Source: a virus
Length of the DNA stretch: 64,000 bases
Direction: 5' to 3' (one strand)
Virus record (IMG/VR): IMGVR_UViG_3300031951_000076
Span: 24,671 to 88,670 of that record
Of this stretch, positions 49,041 through 58,508 are shown in pieces. The translations under genes were made by a program, and so were the position numbers. Under the pieces are notes generated by a model that was given only the letters and a program-made list of their open reading frames with translations, searched no databases and was not told the origin of the DNA. Each line of letters starts with the position of its first letter. Position 1 is the stretch's first letter.

Positions 49041-50294
49041 TTAAACAGTTTCCAGAACAAGATCATTATTTCCTGCTGCAGCAGCTGCACCAAGAATAAA
49101 GTTACTCATTGCTGTAGTAGAAGTACCAGTTGGTACATGTACAACCAGCAAATATTGATCATTATCAAATGTTCCTGTAGGATTGTTAAAGCGAGGTACA
49201 CTGTGAAGAATCAAAAGTTGATCATACAAACCTTGACGATTGATAGTTGCAAGAGCAGGATCAGCTTCAATTTCACGCATCCTTAAGCTATCTACACGAG
49301 TGCTATCAGGATATGCATTTTGAAGATAACGACCATCAAGAATCATCTGACGCAAGATTGTTTCACCAAGACCTGAAGCTTGCAAAGGAGTTTGTAACTC
49401 ACTGTCATCAAAACATTGTACATTACAAGCATCTCCTGTTTCATCTGTCAATGATGCAAAAATAAACAGAGGCATCAATTCATAGAAATCTGTAGGAGTG
49501 AAAGTACAGCTAAGGAACTTAGTATCAACATATGCAGCTTCAATACCAAGACAAGCTTGATCAGTAGAAGCAGTTTGTGATGTAGGATCCCAAGCAGCAT
49601 GATTACCAGCAGGATCTGCTAAGTAAGCATCAAGAGCTACAATAAATGCATCAATACCAGCTTGTGTAGGACTACCATCAGGACCAACAGCTTGTGTAGC
49701 AACGACTGCACCTGTATAATCTTTAACATAAAGTTTGATGAAATTATTAATCAGAGGATTAGTCAAAAGACGTTTAGCCCAAGCAATTACAGCAATTGTA
49801 GGATCTACAAGAGCTCCAGTACATGTAGCAGAACAATCATCAGTGCAACATCCTGTAAACGCATCTTGTGTACTATAAATGTTGTGAGACAAGAAACGAA
49901 GTGCAGGAGAACCTTTAAGGTCAATACGAAGACGATAGGTTTTACCACACTCAAGATTACATACACAAAGTTCTCTTATTTGTGTGCGTGGAGAAACAGC
50001 ACCCACTTCAATAAGACGAGTGATGTACTTAGGATTGATTACTTTAGACTTAACTGACTCTTGATAACCACCTAAAAATCTGTTACCACCAATCTTATCA
50101 GTTGCAAAGTAAGAACCTTGAGCAAGAAGAAAAGGTGCAGCAGAAGGAGCAGCTAAAGCAGCAAATGTCCTAGAATCAAAAAAACCAACTTGTCCAGCTG
50201 TAAGGTTGGAGGTGTTACCTGTAGTTCTTAATGTAAAAGAACCTTGTGAAGTTGCAGGTAGGAAACTTTTTCGAAAGGCGTGATTAAAATACAT
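49041..50294 (-). CDS. Auxiliary capsid / major structural protein (crAss-like)
   Basis: 417 aa, position after the ring gene, own upstream motif and terminator, leader similar to the MCP leader. Confidence 0.6.
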   Translation of the reverse strand: MYFNHAFRKSFLPATSQGSFTLRTTGNTSNLTAGQVGFFDSRTFAALAAPSAAPFLLAQGSYFATDKIGGNRFLGGYQESVKSKVINPKYITRLIEVGAVSPRTQIRELCVCNLECGKTYRLRIDLKGSPALRFLSHNIYSTQDAFTGCCTDDCSATCTGALVDPTIAVIAWAKRLLTNPLINNFIKLYVKDYTGAVVATQAVGPDGSPTQAGIDAFIVALDAYLADPAGNHAAWDPTSQTASTDQACLGIEAAYVDTKFLSCTFTPTDFYELMPLFIFASLTDETGDACNVQCFDDSELQTPLQASGLGETILRQMILDGRYLQNAYPDSTRVDSLRMREIEADPALATINRQGLYDQLLILHSVPRFNNPTGTFDNDQYLLVVHVPTGTSTTAMSNFILGAAAAAGNNDLVLETV

Positions 50295-50331
50295 AATTTT
50301 AAAATTTAAAAGGGTTTATAAACAATATAAA

Positions 50332-50346
50332 TACAATATAATATAC
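50332..50346 (-). promoter_or_regulatory. Candidate late-promoter motif GTATATTATATTGTA
   Basis: Exact 15-nt copy also at 58509-58523; core GTATATTA also at 48961-48968; all intergenic, upstream of structural genes. Confidence 0.5.
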
Positions 50347-50350
50347 GAAT

Positions 50351-50815
50351 TTATTTTAAAAATAACAACTTATATTTTATAGAATTTATAGTAGACTTAA
50401 TATTATCTAAATCATTTACTATTTCGCTATAAGGCATAGATGACTGCAATGAGCATATTTTATCATATAGTTTTCTAAGAAACTCTAAACCTTCTTCTAC
50501 AGAATTTATTTCTGAAGCAGCCGTATTAGGAAGTTCTAAAATCTTTTCAGAAGCACCTTGAAAACCCTCTACAAGATCATCAGCATGTCCTGTAAAAGCT
50601 TCATAATCAAGTGCTTTGTGAGCAGCAAATGAACCAAGGCCTGTCACTTTAAGATGAAGTTTATGAATGCTTGTTACAGCATTTAAAAGATCTTGTGCTA
50701 AAGCTGCTGTTTGCATACATAGTGCACATGATTCAGAACCACCATTGTCAACAATCATCATTGTTACACTAGCTGGTTTAGATGAAAAAATACTAGGTCT
50801 TGTTAACTTTTGCAT
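50351..50815 (-). CDS. Ferritin/Dps-like protein (DUF5856-type)
   Basis: HKLHLKVTG...SFAAHKAL...DDLVEGFQG four-helix pattern, ends IKYKLLFLK. Confidence 0.7.
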   Translation of the reverse strand: MQKLTRPSIFSSKPASVTMMIVDNGGSESCALCMQTAALAQDLLNAVTSIHKLHLKVTGLGSFAAHKALDYEAFTGHADDLVEGFQGASEKILELPNTAASEINSVEEGLEFLRKLYDKICSLQSSMPYSEIVNDLDNIKSTINSIKYKLLFLK

Positions 50816-50817
50816 AT

Positions 50818-51516
50818 CTAACTATTTGATTGTACAACTTGTTGTTCTCTTTGATATTGTACTATTGATTCAATATCACCAGCAAGAATTGCTACGGCTT
50901 GATCAACAATAACTTCTGCTACATCATCATTAAATTCTGTTTCTTGATCAGCAGTAAAAACTGTATTATTTACAATATCAATACAACCATTAAACTGAAC
51001 TTCTCTTGGTTTTCTAAAGTAGTATAAATATGCTTCATCAATTTCAAACTCATCATTTGTGTAAACACGAAGTCTATTATTTACTAATGTAGAAACTGTT
51101 TCAGCCCAGTCAAAATCTGGTTGCTTGTCTTTATTATTTAATATAACAGCTATATTAGCTTCTTCTACTTGATATACAGTCATTCTTCTAGAAGGACAAC
51201 AAGATTTTTTAGCAAATACATCTGTTCTTACGTAGTGAAGATAATCTGCTGGAATATCACCTTCTGCATAGATTCTTTTATCTACCATTGGTAAAAGCTC
51301 AAACTTTAATAGTCTTTGTAAATCATCAACAAGACCACTAGATTGTTCAGCACCTTCTTTACGAATATTAATACCATAAAGCTGGCGTCTTGTCCATTCT
51401 ATTTGAGCTTTATTAAAAGCTTCTTGAATCTGCCAACATTCAAAGTTGTCATAGTCCAATGAAGCTAATTTATTCAGCCTTTGTTTAATCTTTATTTGTA
51501 ACAGATTGTTATTCAT
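50818..51516 (-). CDS. Tail/neck ring protein (crAss-like)
   Basis: RLNKLAS...FNKAQ, DDLQRL, PADYLHY, YFRKP motifs. Confidence 0.7.
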   Translation of the reverse strand: MNNNLLQIKIKQRLNKLASLDYDNFECWQIQEAFNKAQIEWTRRQLYGINIRKEGAEQSSGLVDDLQRLLKFELLPMVDKRIYAEGDIPADYLHYVRTDVFAKKSCCPSRRMTVYQVEEANIAVILNNKDKQPDFDWAETVSTLVNNRLRVYTNDEFEIDEAYLYYFRKPREVQFNGCIDIVNNTVFTADQETEFNDDVAEVIVDQAVAILAGDIESIVQYQREQQVVQSNS

Positions 51517-51765
51517 CTAGCATTTCCATTTGCGCAGAGATTTATTAATTCTGCTATTAGGATCATTAGCTGTTTTAGAAGACGTAAGTTTCGACTTCAT
51601 TCCTTTCATCCTAGCACAAAATGACTTTTTTCTAGAACCACCTTCTGGTTGAGGTGCTTTAAGATTACCACCAGTAGCTTTATTATAAGAAGCTCTACCT
51701 TTAGCGTTTAAACCACCTTCAGGATTTTTACCTTCTTTTCTTTGCCAAGCTGGTGATTTTGCCAT
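51517..51765 (-). CDS. Small basic phage protein (DUF6321-like)
   Basis: WQRKEGKNPEGGLNAKGRASY...RKKSFCARM...SLRKWKC, a widespread phage family. Confidence 0.75.
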   Translation of the reverse strand: MAKSPAWQRKEGKNPEGGLNAKGRASYNKATGGNLKAPQPEGGSRKKSFCARMKGMKSKLTSSKTANDPNSRINKSLRKWKC

Positions 51766-51767
51766 GG

Positions 51768-52178
51768 TTATTTACTTTTACGAAGTGATTTAGGTGTACA
51801 ACCACCCATTTTCATTTTAACAGGACCTCCACTTTTTTTGTAACCCATTTTATTTCTAACAGGTGTAGGAAGTTGACCAAGGCTTTTTTGTTTATCTGAA
51901 GGTACAGGTTTTAAAGCAGTACCACCTGTGCGCAACTTTACTTTTTTAACTACTCTAGTATTATCTGCTGCTGGATTTTGTTTTATTCTTTGTAGTCGTG
52001 CTGCTTCACTAGAAAGATTTCTTGCTTTTTCTTCTTTTTGCTGATCATACATTGACTTGTATCCAGGATATCCTGAAATAGATTTAGTCAAATTTTCATC
52101 GTTTTGCTTCCACTGATTGTAAGAAATTTCTTTACCAGCTTCATTATAATACTTTTGTTTTGCTTTTTTTGGAGGCAT
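51768..52178 (-). CDS. Small Lys-rich protein with GG motifs
   Basis: LRTGG, KKSGG, MKMGG; tight operon packing. Confidence 0.65.
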   Translation of the reverse strand: MPPKKAKQKYYNEAGKEISYNQWKQNDENLTKSISGYPGYKSMYDQQKEEKARNLSSEAARLQRIKQNPAADNTRVVKKVKLRTGGTALKPVPSDKQKSLGQLPTPVRNKMGYKKSGGPVKMKMGGCTPKSLRKSK

Positions 52179-52180
52179 GA

Positions 52181-52345
52181 TTATTTGTTTTTAGCCATTT
52201 TTTTAAAAGTTTTTGCTAGGTTGTAGCGTTTACTACCAGGAGGACAAGACGAAGATCCAAATTTAGCTCCAGTACATACACCTTCCGTACCTCTACGTTT
52301 GATAGATGCTGTAGCTTTTTGAATCCACTTTTTGTCTTTTGTCAT
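52181..52345 (-). CDS. Small basic protein, 54 aa
   Basis: Not in the ORF track; MTKDKKWIQKATASIKRRGTEGVCTGAKFGSSSCPPGSKRYNLAKTFKKMAKNK fills the gap exactly. Confidence 0.7.
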   Translation of the reverse strand: MTKDKKWIQKATASIKRRGTEGVCTGAKFGSSSCPPGSKRYNLAKTFKKMAKNK

Positions 52346-52347
52346 AG

Positions 52348-52584
52348 TTACTTCTTTTTAGACTTAACGCTTCCACCTTTTTTAAGAGTACCCAATTTTT
52401 CAGCATATTTGCTTCGGTTTGATTTTCCTGAAGCATCATACCCAGGTTTTCCTTTATTAACACTTTGTTTCCAATCTTTTTGTTTTGTTGCAAAATCAGA
52501 AACATTACTTTTTAAATTTTTTACATCATCTGTTAATACTTTATTTCCAGCAGCTTTAGCTTTTTTTTCTTTATCGTTTGGCAT
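52348..52584 (-). CDS. Small Lys-rich protein
   Basis: Ends LKKGGSVKSKKK. Confidence 0.65.
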   Translation of the reverse strand: MPNDKEKKAKAAGNKVLTDDVKNLKSNVSDFATKQKDWKQSVNKGKPGYDASGKSNRSKYAEKLGTLKKGGSVKSKKK

Positions 52585-52603
52585 AATAAATATTTTTAAT
52601 TTT

Positions 52604-53017
52604 TTATTTTTTTCTAGATTTGCCTACAGTACCACCTCTTTTAAGTGGTTTCATTAAATAATTGGGGTCTGTTGTTTTTTTCTGTTGTTTTTCACGTTCT
52701 CGTCTAGCTTGTTCTTTATATATAATTTCAGCTGCTCTGTTCATATTTATTTCTTTACTACCTGAACCTTCTTTATTTCCACCTTGCACGTTTTTATATT
52801 CACTTGCGTATTGATTCATTTTAGTTGTATTTGGTGCACCATCAAAAAATCCTTTTACAGTTCTGCGAGTTTTTTCTTTAGTTACACTACCTTTTCCAAT
52901 TAAGTTTGGTCTTGTAACTGTTTTTTTAACATAGTTACCATCTTCGCTATAAACCTTAGTTTTTGTTTTTTTAGGACCACCGTCTTCGTACTTTTTAATA
53001 GAAGTTTTCTTTTTCAT
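52604..53017 (-). CDS. Small Lys-rich protein
   Basis: KKYEDGG at the N-terminus, LKRGGTVGKSRKK at the C-terminus. Confidence 0.65.
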   Translation of the reverse strand: MKKKTSIKKYEDGGPKKTKTKVYSEDGNYVKKTVTRPNLIGKGSVTKEKTRRTVKGFFDGAPNTTKMNQYASEYKNVQGGNKEGSGSKEINMNRAAEIIYKEQARREREKQQKKTTDPNYLMKPLKRGGTVGKSRKK

Positions 53018-53018
53018 A

Positions 53019-53165
53019 TTATTTCTTTTTAGCTTTTATTTTACGTTCTTGTTTAAGCATTTGAGCTGTAGGCTTTTTACCTGATCCTTTAGCATCGCGA
53101 ATATTATCCCAAAGTCCTCTTTGAGAATAAGATCCATCTTTGCGTTTGATCATTTCTTTTGCCAT
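53019..53165 (-). CDS. Small basic protein, 48 aa
   Basis: Not in the ORF track; MAKEMIKRKDGSYSQRGLWDNIRDAKGSGKKPTAQMLKQERKIKAKKK, TGATG-coupled to the upstream gene. Confidence 0.7.
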   Translation of the reverse strand: MAKEMIKRKDGSYSQRGLWDNIRDAKGSGKKPTAQMLKQERKIKAKKK

Positions 53166-53470
53166 CACTTCTTTTTTTTAGTTTTAACAATACCACCTTT
53201 TTTTAATTTAGAAGAAGAAGTTGTATCTTTTTTAATTGCATCTAAATACTTCTTAGAGTCTATACCTTCTATACTTCTTAAATAATAATCATTTTTTAAT
53301 TTTGTATTTATAGAATCAAGTTGTGGTTTCATTTTATCAAACATTCTCTTTTGATAATCTTTAAGCTGATTGCTGTTATAAATACCATAACCTGGATCAA
53401 TTTTTTTACCAGAAGGTGGTGGAGTTCCTTTCTTTGGTGGTGGAGTTCCTTTCTTTTTTACACTTGACAT
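53165..53470 (-). CDS. Small Lys-rich protein
   Basis: KKGTPPP x2 at the N-terminus; ends LKKGGIVKTKKKK. Confidence 0.65.
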   Translation of the reverse strand: MSSVKKKGTPPPKKGTPPPSGKKIDPGYGIYNSNQLKDYQKRMFDKMKPQLDSINTKLKNDYYLRSIEGIDSKKYLDAIKKDTTSSSKLKKGGIVKTKKKK

Positions 53471-53485
53471 ATATTTAAATTTTAA

Positions 53486-54502
53486 TTATCTATTCCAATA
53501 TTGTTCAACTTTCTTTGTCAAATCTATAAGAATTTCTTCATTAAGAGGATTCTTAAGATATTCTACAACATCAGCTTGGTTACGGCCAAGAAGAGTTGTA
53601 GTGGCCATATGATATATAAATCCATCAGCTTTTGTTGCAATGAATTTATAATAATGACTATCTTTTACAATTGCTCTAATTTTTAAAGATTCCATATCAA
53701 GAGAAGCTGTTTCTAAGAAACGCTTAGCTGTCTTATTTTTATCTTTTTCTATAAGATCACCATTGATGTATTTATCCATATTATCATAGATAATATCATT
53801 TGGTGTAGACTTTTTATATTGAGCACTATTAGGATCTAAAAGTCTAGCAATATAAAGTAGTTTATTTTGATTCTTGTCAAAGAGCTTTTGAAGTTCTGAA
53901 AGAGCTTTGTTACGAAGCTTCTTAACTTCTGTTTTAGTAGATGCTGTATCTTCTAATCTATCCAAATAAAATTTAGGTGGTGTTGTACGTTGACGGGCAT
54001 CTTCTAAAGATTTTGATACAATTGAAAAGCCACCTGCATCAATTGCATATAGTTTAATTAAATCATAGGGATCTTTGTCTGCATCAAGATAAACAGGTTC
54101 ATTACCACAACGAATTTTAATCTTATCCCAAAACTCTGTATTATCTTGTTTAAGTAGTTTTACTTTATTCCAAAACTCTTTATCTTCAACATCAATTACA
54201 TTACCAGCTAAAACCTTTTCAAGATGAGAAACTACTCTACGAATTTCTTTAATTTTTGCTTCTTGTTCATCAAAAGGAAGTGAAGATAATTCAGGTGCAA
54301 ATTCGTTTAATCCTGTAAGATAACGCTTAAGACCATTTACTTCTAAACATGCAATTGATTCTTCATGGAATGCACCTTCAAAAAGACTTAAACCATATCT
54401 TTGTAATCCCATGTTTTCTACTCCAGGATCAAAATAAGGTTTAATAGAAATAGTTGACTTTTTGTTTTGTGGATACATTTCCACCATTGTAAGACTACTC
54501 AT
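53486..54502 (-). CDS. Conserved crAss-like capsid-module protein (gene downstream of MCP)
   Basis: YLTGLNE, EFW, LD...PYD, YLKNPLNEE pattern; start moved to the ATG at 54502 (MSSLT) behind an AAACCAA leader. Confidence 0.65.
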   Translation of the reverse strand: MSSLTMVEMYPQNKKSTISIKPYFDPGVENMGLQRYGLSLFEGAFHEESIACLEVNGLKRYLTGLNEFAPELSSLPFDEQEAKIKEIRRVVSHLEKVLAGNVIDVEDKEFWNKVKLLKQDNTEFWDKIKIRCGNEPVYLDADKDPYDLIKLYAIDAGGFSIVSKSLEDARQRTTPPKFYLDRLEDTASTKTEVKKLRNKALSELQKLFDKNQNKLLYIARLLDPNSAQYKKSTPNDIIYDNMDKYINGDLIEKDKNKTAKRFLETASLDMESLKIRAIVKDSHYYKFIATKADGFIYHMATTTLLGRNQADVVEYLKNPLNEEILIDLTKKVEQYWNR

Positions 54503-54582
54503 ATTTGGTTTTTTATTGTTTATTAAGTTGGTTACAATTTGTAACCAGTTCAATATGTTGATGACTACTAAATGTAGTCAAC

Positions 54583-54813
54583 TTAATCTAAGATTTTAGA
54601 AATCCAGCTTTGCTTTACCTGATCTTCTTTATTCTTTTCTGCACGACTTTCAGCTTTAGCAAATTCTACATCAGTAAGCATAAGAGATTTCACTTTACCA
54701 TTCACTTTTACTAAAACAGTAAGATAACTATCGTTCTCATTTGTAAAGTTAGTAGCTTTTTTGTTTTTAATTCTAATAACTTTACCAATTCTAGTAAATG
54801 TTTCAAAGGTCAT
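54583..54813 (-). CDS. Hypothetical protein (76 aa)
   Basis: Likely start MTFETFTR at 54813, directly after the upstream stop; avoids the overlap in the track call. Confidence 0.6.
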   Translation of the reverse strand: MTFETFTRIGKVIRIKNKKATNFTNENDSYLTVLVKVNGKVKSLMLTDVEFAKAESRAEKNKEDQVKQSWISKILD

Positions 54814-54814
54814 T

Positions 54815-55264
54815 TTAGTCAATTTTAACAAGTTCATAATAAAAATACACATCTCCCCAGTCTTGAGTAGATGATACATCTGCAATTTTAATATTAAAAA
54901 TGTCTCCAGCTACACCAGTTCCAAATACTACAGGTATAGCATTACCTGTTACATAACCTGTTAGTTGTACATAAAATTTTTCTCTATCAGGTATGATTTC
55001 TGGATTTTGAAGAGAAATAAAAAATGATGAAGCTGTTGCATCAAAATTTACTAAATCAACTATACCTTTTTTAGACATAATTCTTATCTGTCCAGAGGTA
55101 CCACCTTGTAAATCTATTTCATAAAATTTAATATCCATAATATCTCTTGACAATCTATTCACATGCGCAATGCGCGCGAGAGCACCCTCAGCTTCAGAAT
55201 AAGCTTGTTGTAAAGCTCTATCTGGAGACTTAGGATTCATTATCAGACGTTTAAGAGATATCAT
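54815..55264 (-). CDS. Hypothetical structural (possible head decoration) protein
   Basis: SPD...LARIAHVN N-terminal segment plus beta-rich C-terminal domain; close to MCP. Confidence 0.55.
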   Translation of the reverse strand: MISLKRLIMNPKSPDRALQQAYSEAEGALARIAHVNRLSRDIMDIKFYEIDLQGGTSGQIRIMSKKGIVDLVNFDATASSFFISLQNPEIIPDREKFYVQLTGYVTGNAIPVVFGTGVAGDIFNIKIADVSSTQDWGDVYFYYELVKID

Positions 55265-55352
55265 AGTACTAAACTTATAGAACCTAACAAGGGTTGCCAG
55301 TCCTTCACTTGATCAGAGTGGTAGGCATACACTAGGTTGAAGGGGTGATAAA

Positions 55353-55514
55353 TTATTTACCACTCTTTGAATTTCTATTCAAAGAAGGATTAACTTTCAC
55401 ATTTTTATTATTAACATTTGTACGAACACCTTTTGTAGAAGGTTGTACTCTTTTGTAACCAGCAGCTGAACCAAGTTCAGACTTAGATTTTGGAGTTCCA
55501 GGTTTTCCAGCCAT
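55353..55514 (-). CDS. Small basic protein, 53 aa
   Basis: Not in the ORF track; MAGKPGTPKSKSELGSAAGYKRVQPSTKGVRTNVNNKNVKVNPSLNRNSKSGK. Confidence 0.6.
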   Translation of the reverse strand: MAGKPGTPKSKSELGSAAGYKRVQPSTKGVRTNVNNKNVKVNPSLNRNSKSGK

Positions 55515-55552
55515 TTGTTTAGTTTTTAAATTGTTATTTAATATATATAAAG

Positions 55553-55579
55553 ACCTGGGTGTATGGTTAACACCCAGGT
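55553..55579 (-). terminator. Stem-loop/terminator downstream of MCP
   Basis: 10-bp perfect inverted repeat ACCTGGGTGT/ACACCCAGGT 12 nt after the MCP stop, followed by T-rich sequence. Confidence 0.7.
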
Positions 55580-55591
55580 ACTGTTATATTA

Positions 55592-57211
55592 TTAGAATGA
55601 ACCACCAGTAATAGGATTGCGCATAACAATCTTCAATACCTTGGTAGGATCTTTCACCCAAATTGCAGGCATTGTTTGTGTCATAAATACGCGATATCCA
55701 TTGAAATTACCAGAAGATTGGAAACCTTGTGTACGACCCATATAATCCATGGTACCATTTTGATAGAACCATTTCAGTTGGTTGTCCCAGCTAAGTTTCA
55801 ACAAGAAGATATTATCATTTGTGTTATCAGTGATATCAAAGATAATAAAGTTGTAAGAGCTAAGAGGGAAACCATCGATGATTGGATTTTCGATGTCGTT
55901 AGTGTGTACATTATCAAACGCAGGGTTAAGTACAAACTTAATGTTAGCCAAGAAAGGAATAATGTACTGAGTGTATGCAAATCCAAAGTTCAGATCCATA
56001 CCTTGACCAGTAATTGCTCCAATTTCTTTAGCATTAATCACTAAGCCAGAATTAACTGCCTCACGCTTAATAGCTTCATTAACAAGTTTCATACCACCAA
56101 GACCTGTTTGTACAATCAATTGACGTTGAGGATCTGGTCCTTTAAATTCAACTTTACCGTTAAAGAAGTTAAAGATTTCAGATTTAAACAAGTCAAGATT
56201 GAAAGATCCACGGTTGTAGATACGCTTGTAAGAGTTGTCAAGTTGCTTCCAAAGACCCACAGACAAACGAATATCATCTGGACCATCTTGCTTAATACGT
56301 CCACCTTGTCCCCACATCAAGTAGGTTTCGATGTCATTAGCAATTTTGGTAAGATGAGCTGCCTCAAGTGTAGTCAAGAAAGAACGAGTAAGTTGTCCTG
56401 ATTGATAAGCTTTCTTTACATAATCTTTACCAAGCTTAGAAGCCATGTCTTCAAGATTAGTAATAGAAGGATCAGGATTCTTTTCAAAGTTTCTCCAAAG
56501 TTCAATTACAGGTACAGTTCCATCAGCTTTCATACCACCTTTCATCATAAGGTCAGCACGAGAAGAAATAGAATAATGTACGTGAGCTTCAGCACCACCT
56601 ACGTAGTTGTAGAACTCACGAAAACCTGCAGACACTGAACCAATGTCAGAGAAACGCTCGCCATATTCACCACGAGCAGAACCTTTACGAAACACTCTAG
56701 TTCCAACAGCAAGATACTGATTTTGGATGAACCTAAAGTTGTCGTTGTTCACAAGTTGAACAGTGTAAATAAAACCATCACCAGCAGGGATGACATCATC
56801 AGCAGTGATGTACATCTCAACGCCATTGTATTTATCATAAGTGATGATATCACCATGACCAAAAGAGCGTTTGTTGATTTTGATTCTAAATGTTTGTCCA
56901 TCAATACCTTTAGTTGTATTGCCTGGATCTAGATCTTCTACTATGTAAGGAAGATCTTGTGCGACAGGAATCTGCCATTTGTATTCACCACGTGCGTTGT
57001 CTACCATAATCACGTTCTTACCACCAAAGCTGGACATTTGATAAAGAGGCATTTCTACCTTTTGTACCATTGCCCACAAATCGACAGGACCTAAATCTGT
57101 AGGTTCTGCGCTCTTAAGGAGGTTAGACAAGTGATATGAATCCACATGTGAACTCGTATGATACTGAGTGTCACGTAGGAATATACCATTGTTTAAAACT
57201 GGAGTTGCCAT
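55592..57211 (-). CDS. Major capsid protein (crAss-like, HK97 fold)
   Basis: 539 aa; position after portal and scaffold; GSARGEYGERFS, GLWKQL, QTGLGG, IWVKDPTK; visibly optimised codons (TTC, AAC, CGT). Confidence 0.85.
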   Translation of the reverse strand: MATPVLNNGIFLRDTQYHTSSHVDSYHLSNLLKSAEPTDLGPVDLWAMVQKVEMPLYQMSSFGGKNVIMVDNARGEYKWQIPVAQDLPYIVEDLDPGNTTKGIDGQTFRIKINKRSFGHGDIITYDKYNGVEMYITADDVIPAGDGFIYTVQLVNNDNFRFIQNQYLAVGTRVFRKGSARGEYGERFSDIGSVSAGFREFYNYVGGAEAHVHYSISSRADLMMKGGMKADGTVPVIELWRNFEKNPDPSITNLEDMASKLGKDYVKKAYQSGQLTRSFLTTLEAAHLTKIANDIETYLMWGQGGRIKQDGPDDIRLSVGLWKQLDNSYKRIYNRGSFNLDLFKSEIFNFFNGKVEFKGPDPQRQLIVQTGLGGMKLVNEAIKREAVNSGLVINAKEIGAITGQGMDLNFGFAYTQYIIPFLANIKFVLNPAFDNVHTNDIENPIIDGFPLSSYNFIIFDITDNTNDNIFLLKLSWDNQLKWFYQNGTMDYMGRTQGFQSSGNFNGYRVFMTQTMPAIWVKDPTKVLKIVMRNPITGGSF

Positions 57212-57243
57212 TGGGCTTAAAATTTAAGGGGTTAGTAAATAAA

Positions 57244-58479
57244 TTATCGTTTAAAAATATTTTGTGGTCTTGCTATTTTTCTAGGTCTTTGATCATCTTC
57301 TTCTTGATAAGTGTAAGAGCTTTTACGAGCTTGTTCTGTTTTTAACTGTCTTACAGTTTGTTCAACAGCTGCTGTTTTACCTTGTTTTTTAAGTTCTGCT
57401 CTATAACTATCAGGATCAGATAACAACCAAAGAGCTTCTGCTATAAGAGAATAATTTGGTTCTACGTATTGATACTTCTCTAAAAGATGTCCTAATAAAT
57501 TTGTAGGGCGTCCACTTACAGAAGGATATTGCGGTTGAACCAAACCTGAATAAAGACTAGCTTGTGTTTTTTTATCTAACTTCAAGCCATTAATTTCACC
57601 AGGTCTTAAAGCTTCAAATACATTTTGTATATATGCATTTGCTGCTTGCTCTTGTTGTTTTCTACGTTGCTCTTGTTCTGCCAATTGAGCGTGGACCATT
57701 TGCTCCTGCATTTGATCTAATTTTGGCTTAAACTGACGAGCTTTTCTTTCTAATGTACCAAGTTCTTTAAGTGTTACAATTTCTTCTTCAATTTCTTCAG
57801 GACTTTCACCTCTTGTTTGAAGATAGTTTCTTACAATTAATTCTTGGTCATATTCGTCTTGAGGATCTAAAGATCTAATTTCTTCATTTTGAGCTAATGC
57901 TTGAAACAAACCTTTTAAATCTTGACCTCCATCTGCTACATATTTTGCTGCATATTGAAGTTCTTGAGGAAGTGCTTTAAAAAACTCTTGAGGAGTTTGA
58001 GATGCCACCTCATCTTTAAGATTATTTATATTAGCTTGCCAAAGATCATCTACATCTTTTTCAGATAAACCACCCAAGTAATCATCCAAAGACTGTTTTG
58101 ATTCATCGTAATCATCAAAAGCAAACATTTCTTTTGACTCAATACGTTTCTTAAGAAACTCTACCAGTCCTGATTTTTCTGTGCGAGGTCTACCAGGTTT
58201 AGATTTTAAACTTTCATCTTCTACATCTGTTGCAATGTCTTTGTCTAAGATGTCTGAAAGAACTTCTTTTGCATTTTCTTTAGTTTCATCTCCTGCAACT
58301 TCTTCTGGTTTACCATCAAGAAAGCTAAGATCTACATCTTTTTTAGTGAACACTGTAGGTTTTATTTCTTCTTGCGCAGGTGTGATAACACTTTCTGCAC
58401 CAGGAGCACCTAACCAGCTATCAATATCTAAGTCTACTTGTTGTACAGAAGTCTGTACATTGGATTGATTTTCAGCCAT
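57244..58479 (-). CDS. Scaffold-like protein (conserved crAss-like gene between portal and MCP)
   Basis: Acidic N-terminus, coiled-coil, synteny. Confidence 0.7.
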   Translation of the reverse strand: MAENQSNVQTSVQQVDLDIDSWLGAPGAESVITPAQEEIKPTVFTKKDVDLSFLDGKPEEVAGDETKENAKEVLSDILDKDIATDVEDESLKSKPGRPRTEKSGLVEFLKKRIESKEMFAFDDYDESKQSLDDYLGGLSEKDVDDLWQANINNLKDEVASQTPQEFFKALPQELQYAAKYVADGGQDLKGLFQALAQNEEIRSLDPQDEYDQELIVRNYLQTRGESPEEIEEEIVTLKELGTLERKARQFKPKLDQMQEQMVHAQLAEQEQRRKQQEQAANAYIQNVFEALRPGEINGLKLDKKTQASLYSGLVQPQYPSVSGRPTNLLGHLLEKYQYVEPNYSLIAEALWLLSDPDSYRAELKKQGKTAAVEQTVRQLKTEQARKSSYTYQEEDDQRPRKIARPQNIFKR

Positions 58480-58508
58480 GATATATTTGGTTTTTTGTTA
58501 GTTTTCTT

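Noticed and set aside
53415-53456. 21-nt tandem duplication
   Set aside because: Simply encodes KKGTPPP twice; no evidence of a separate DNA-level function.
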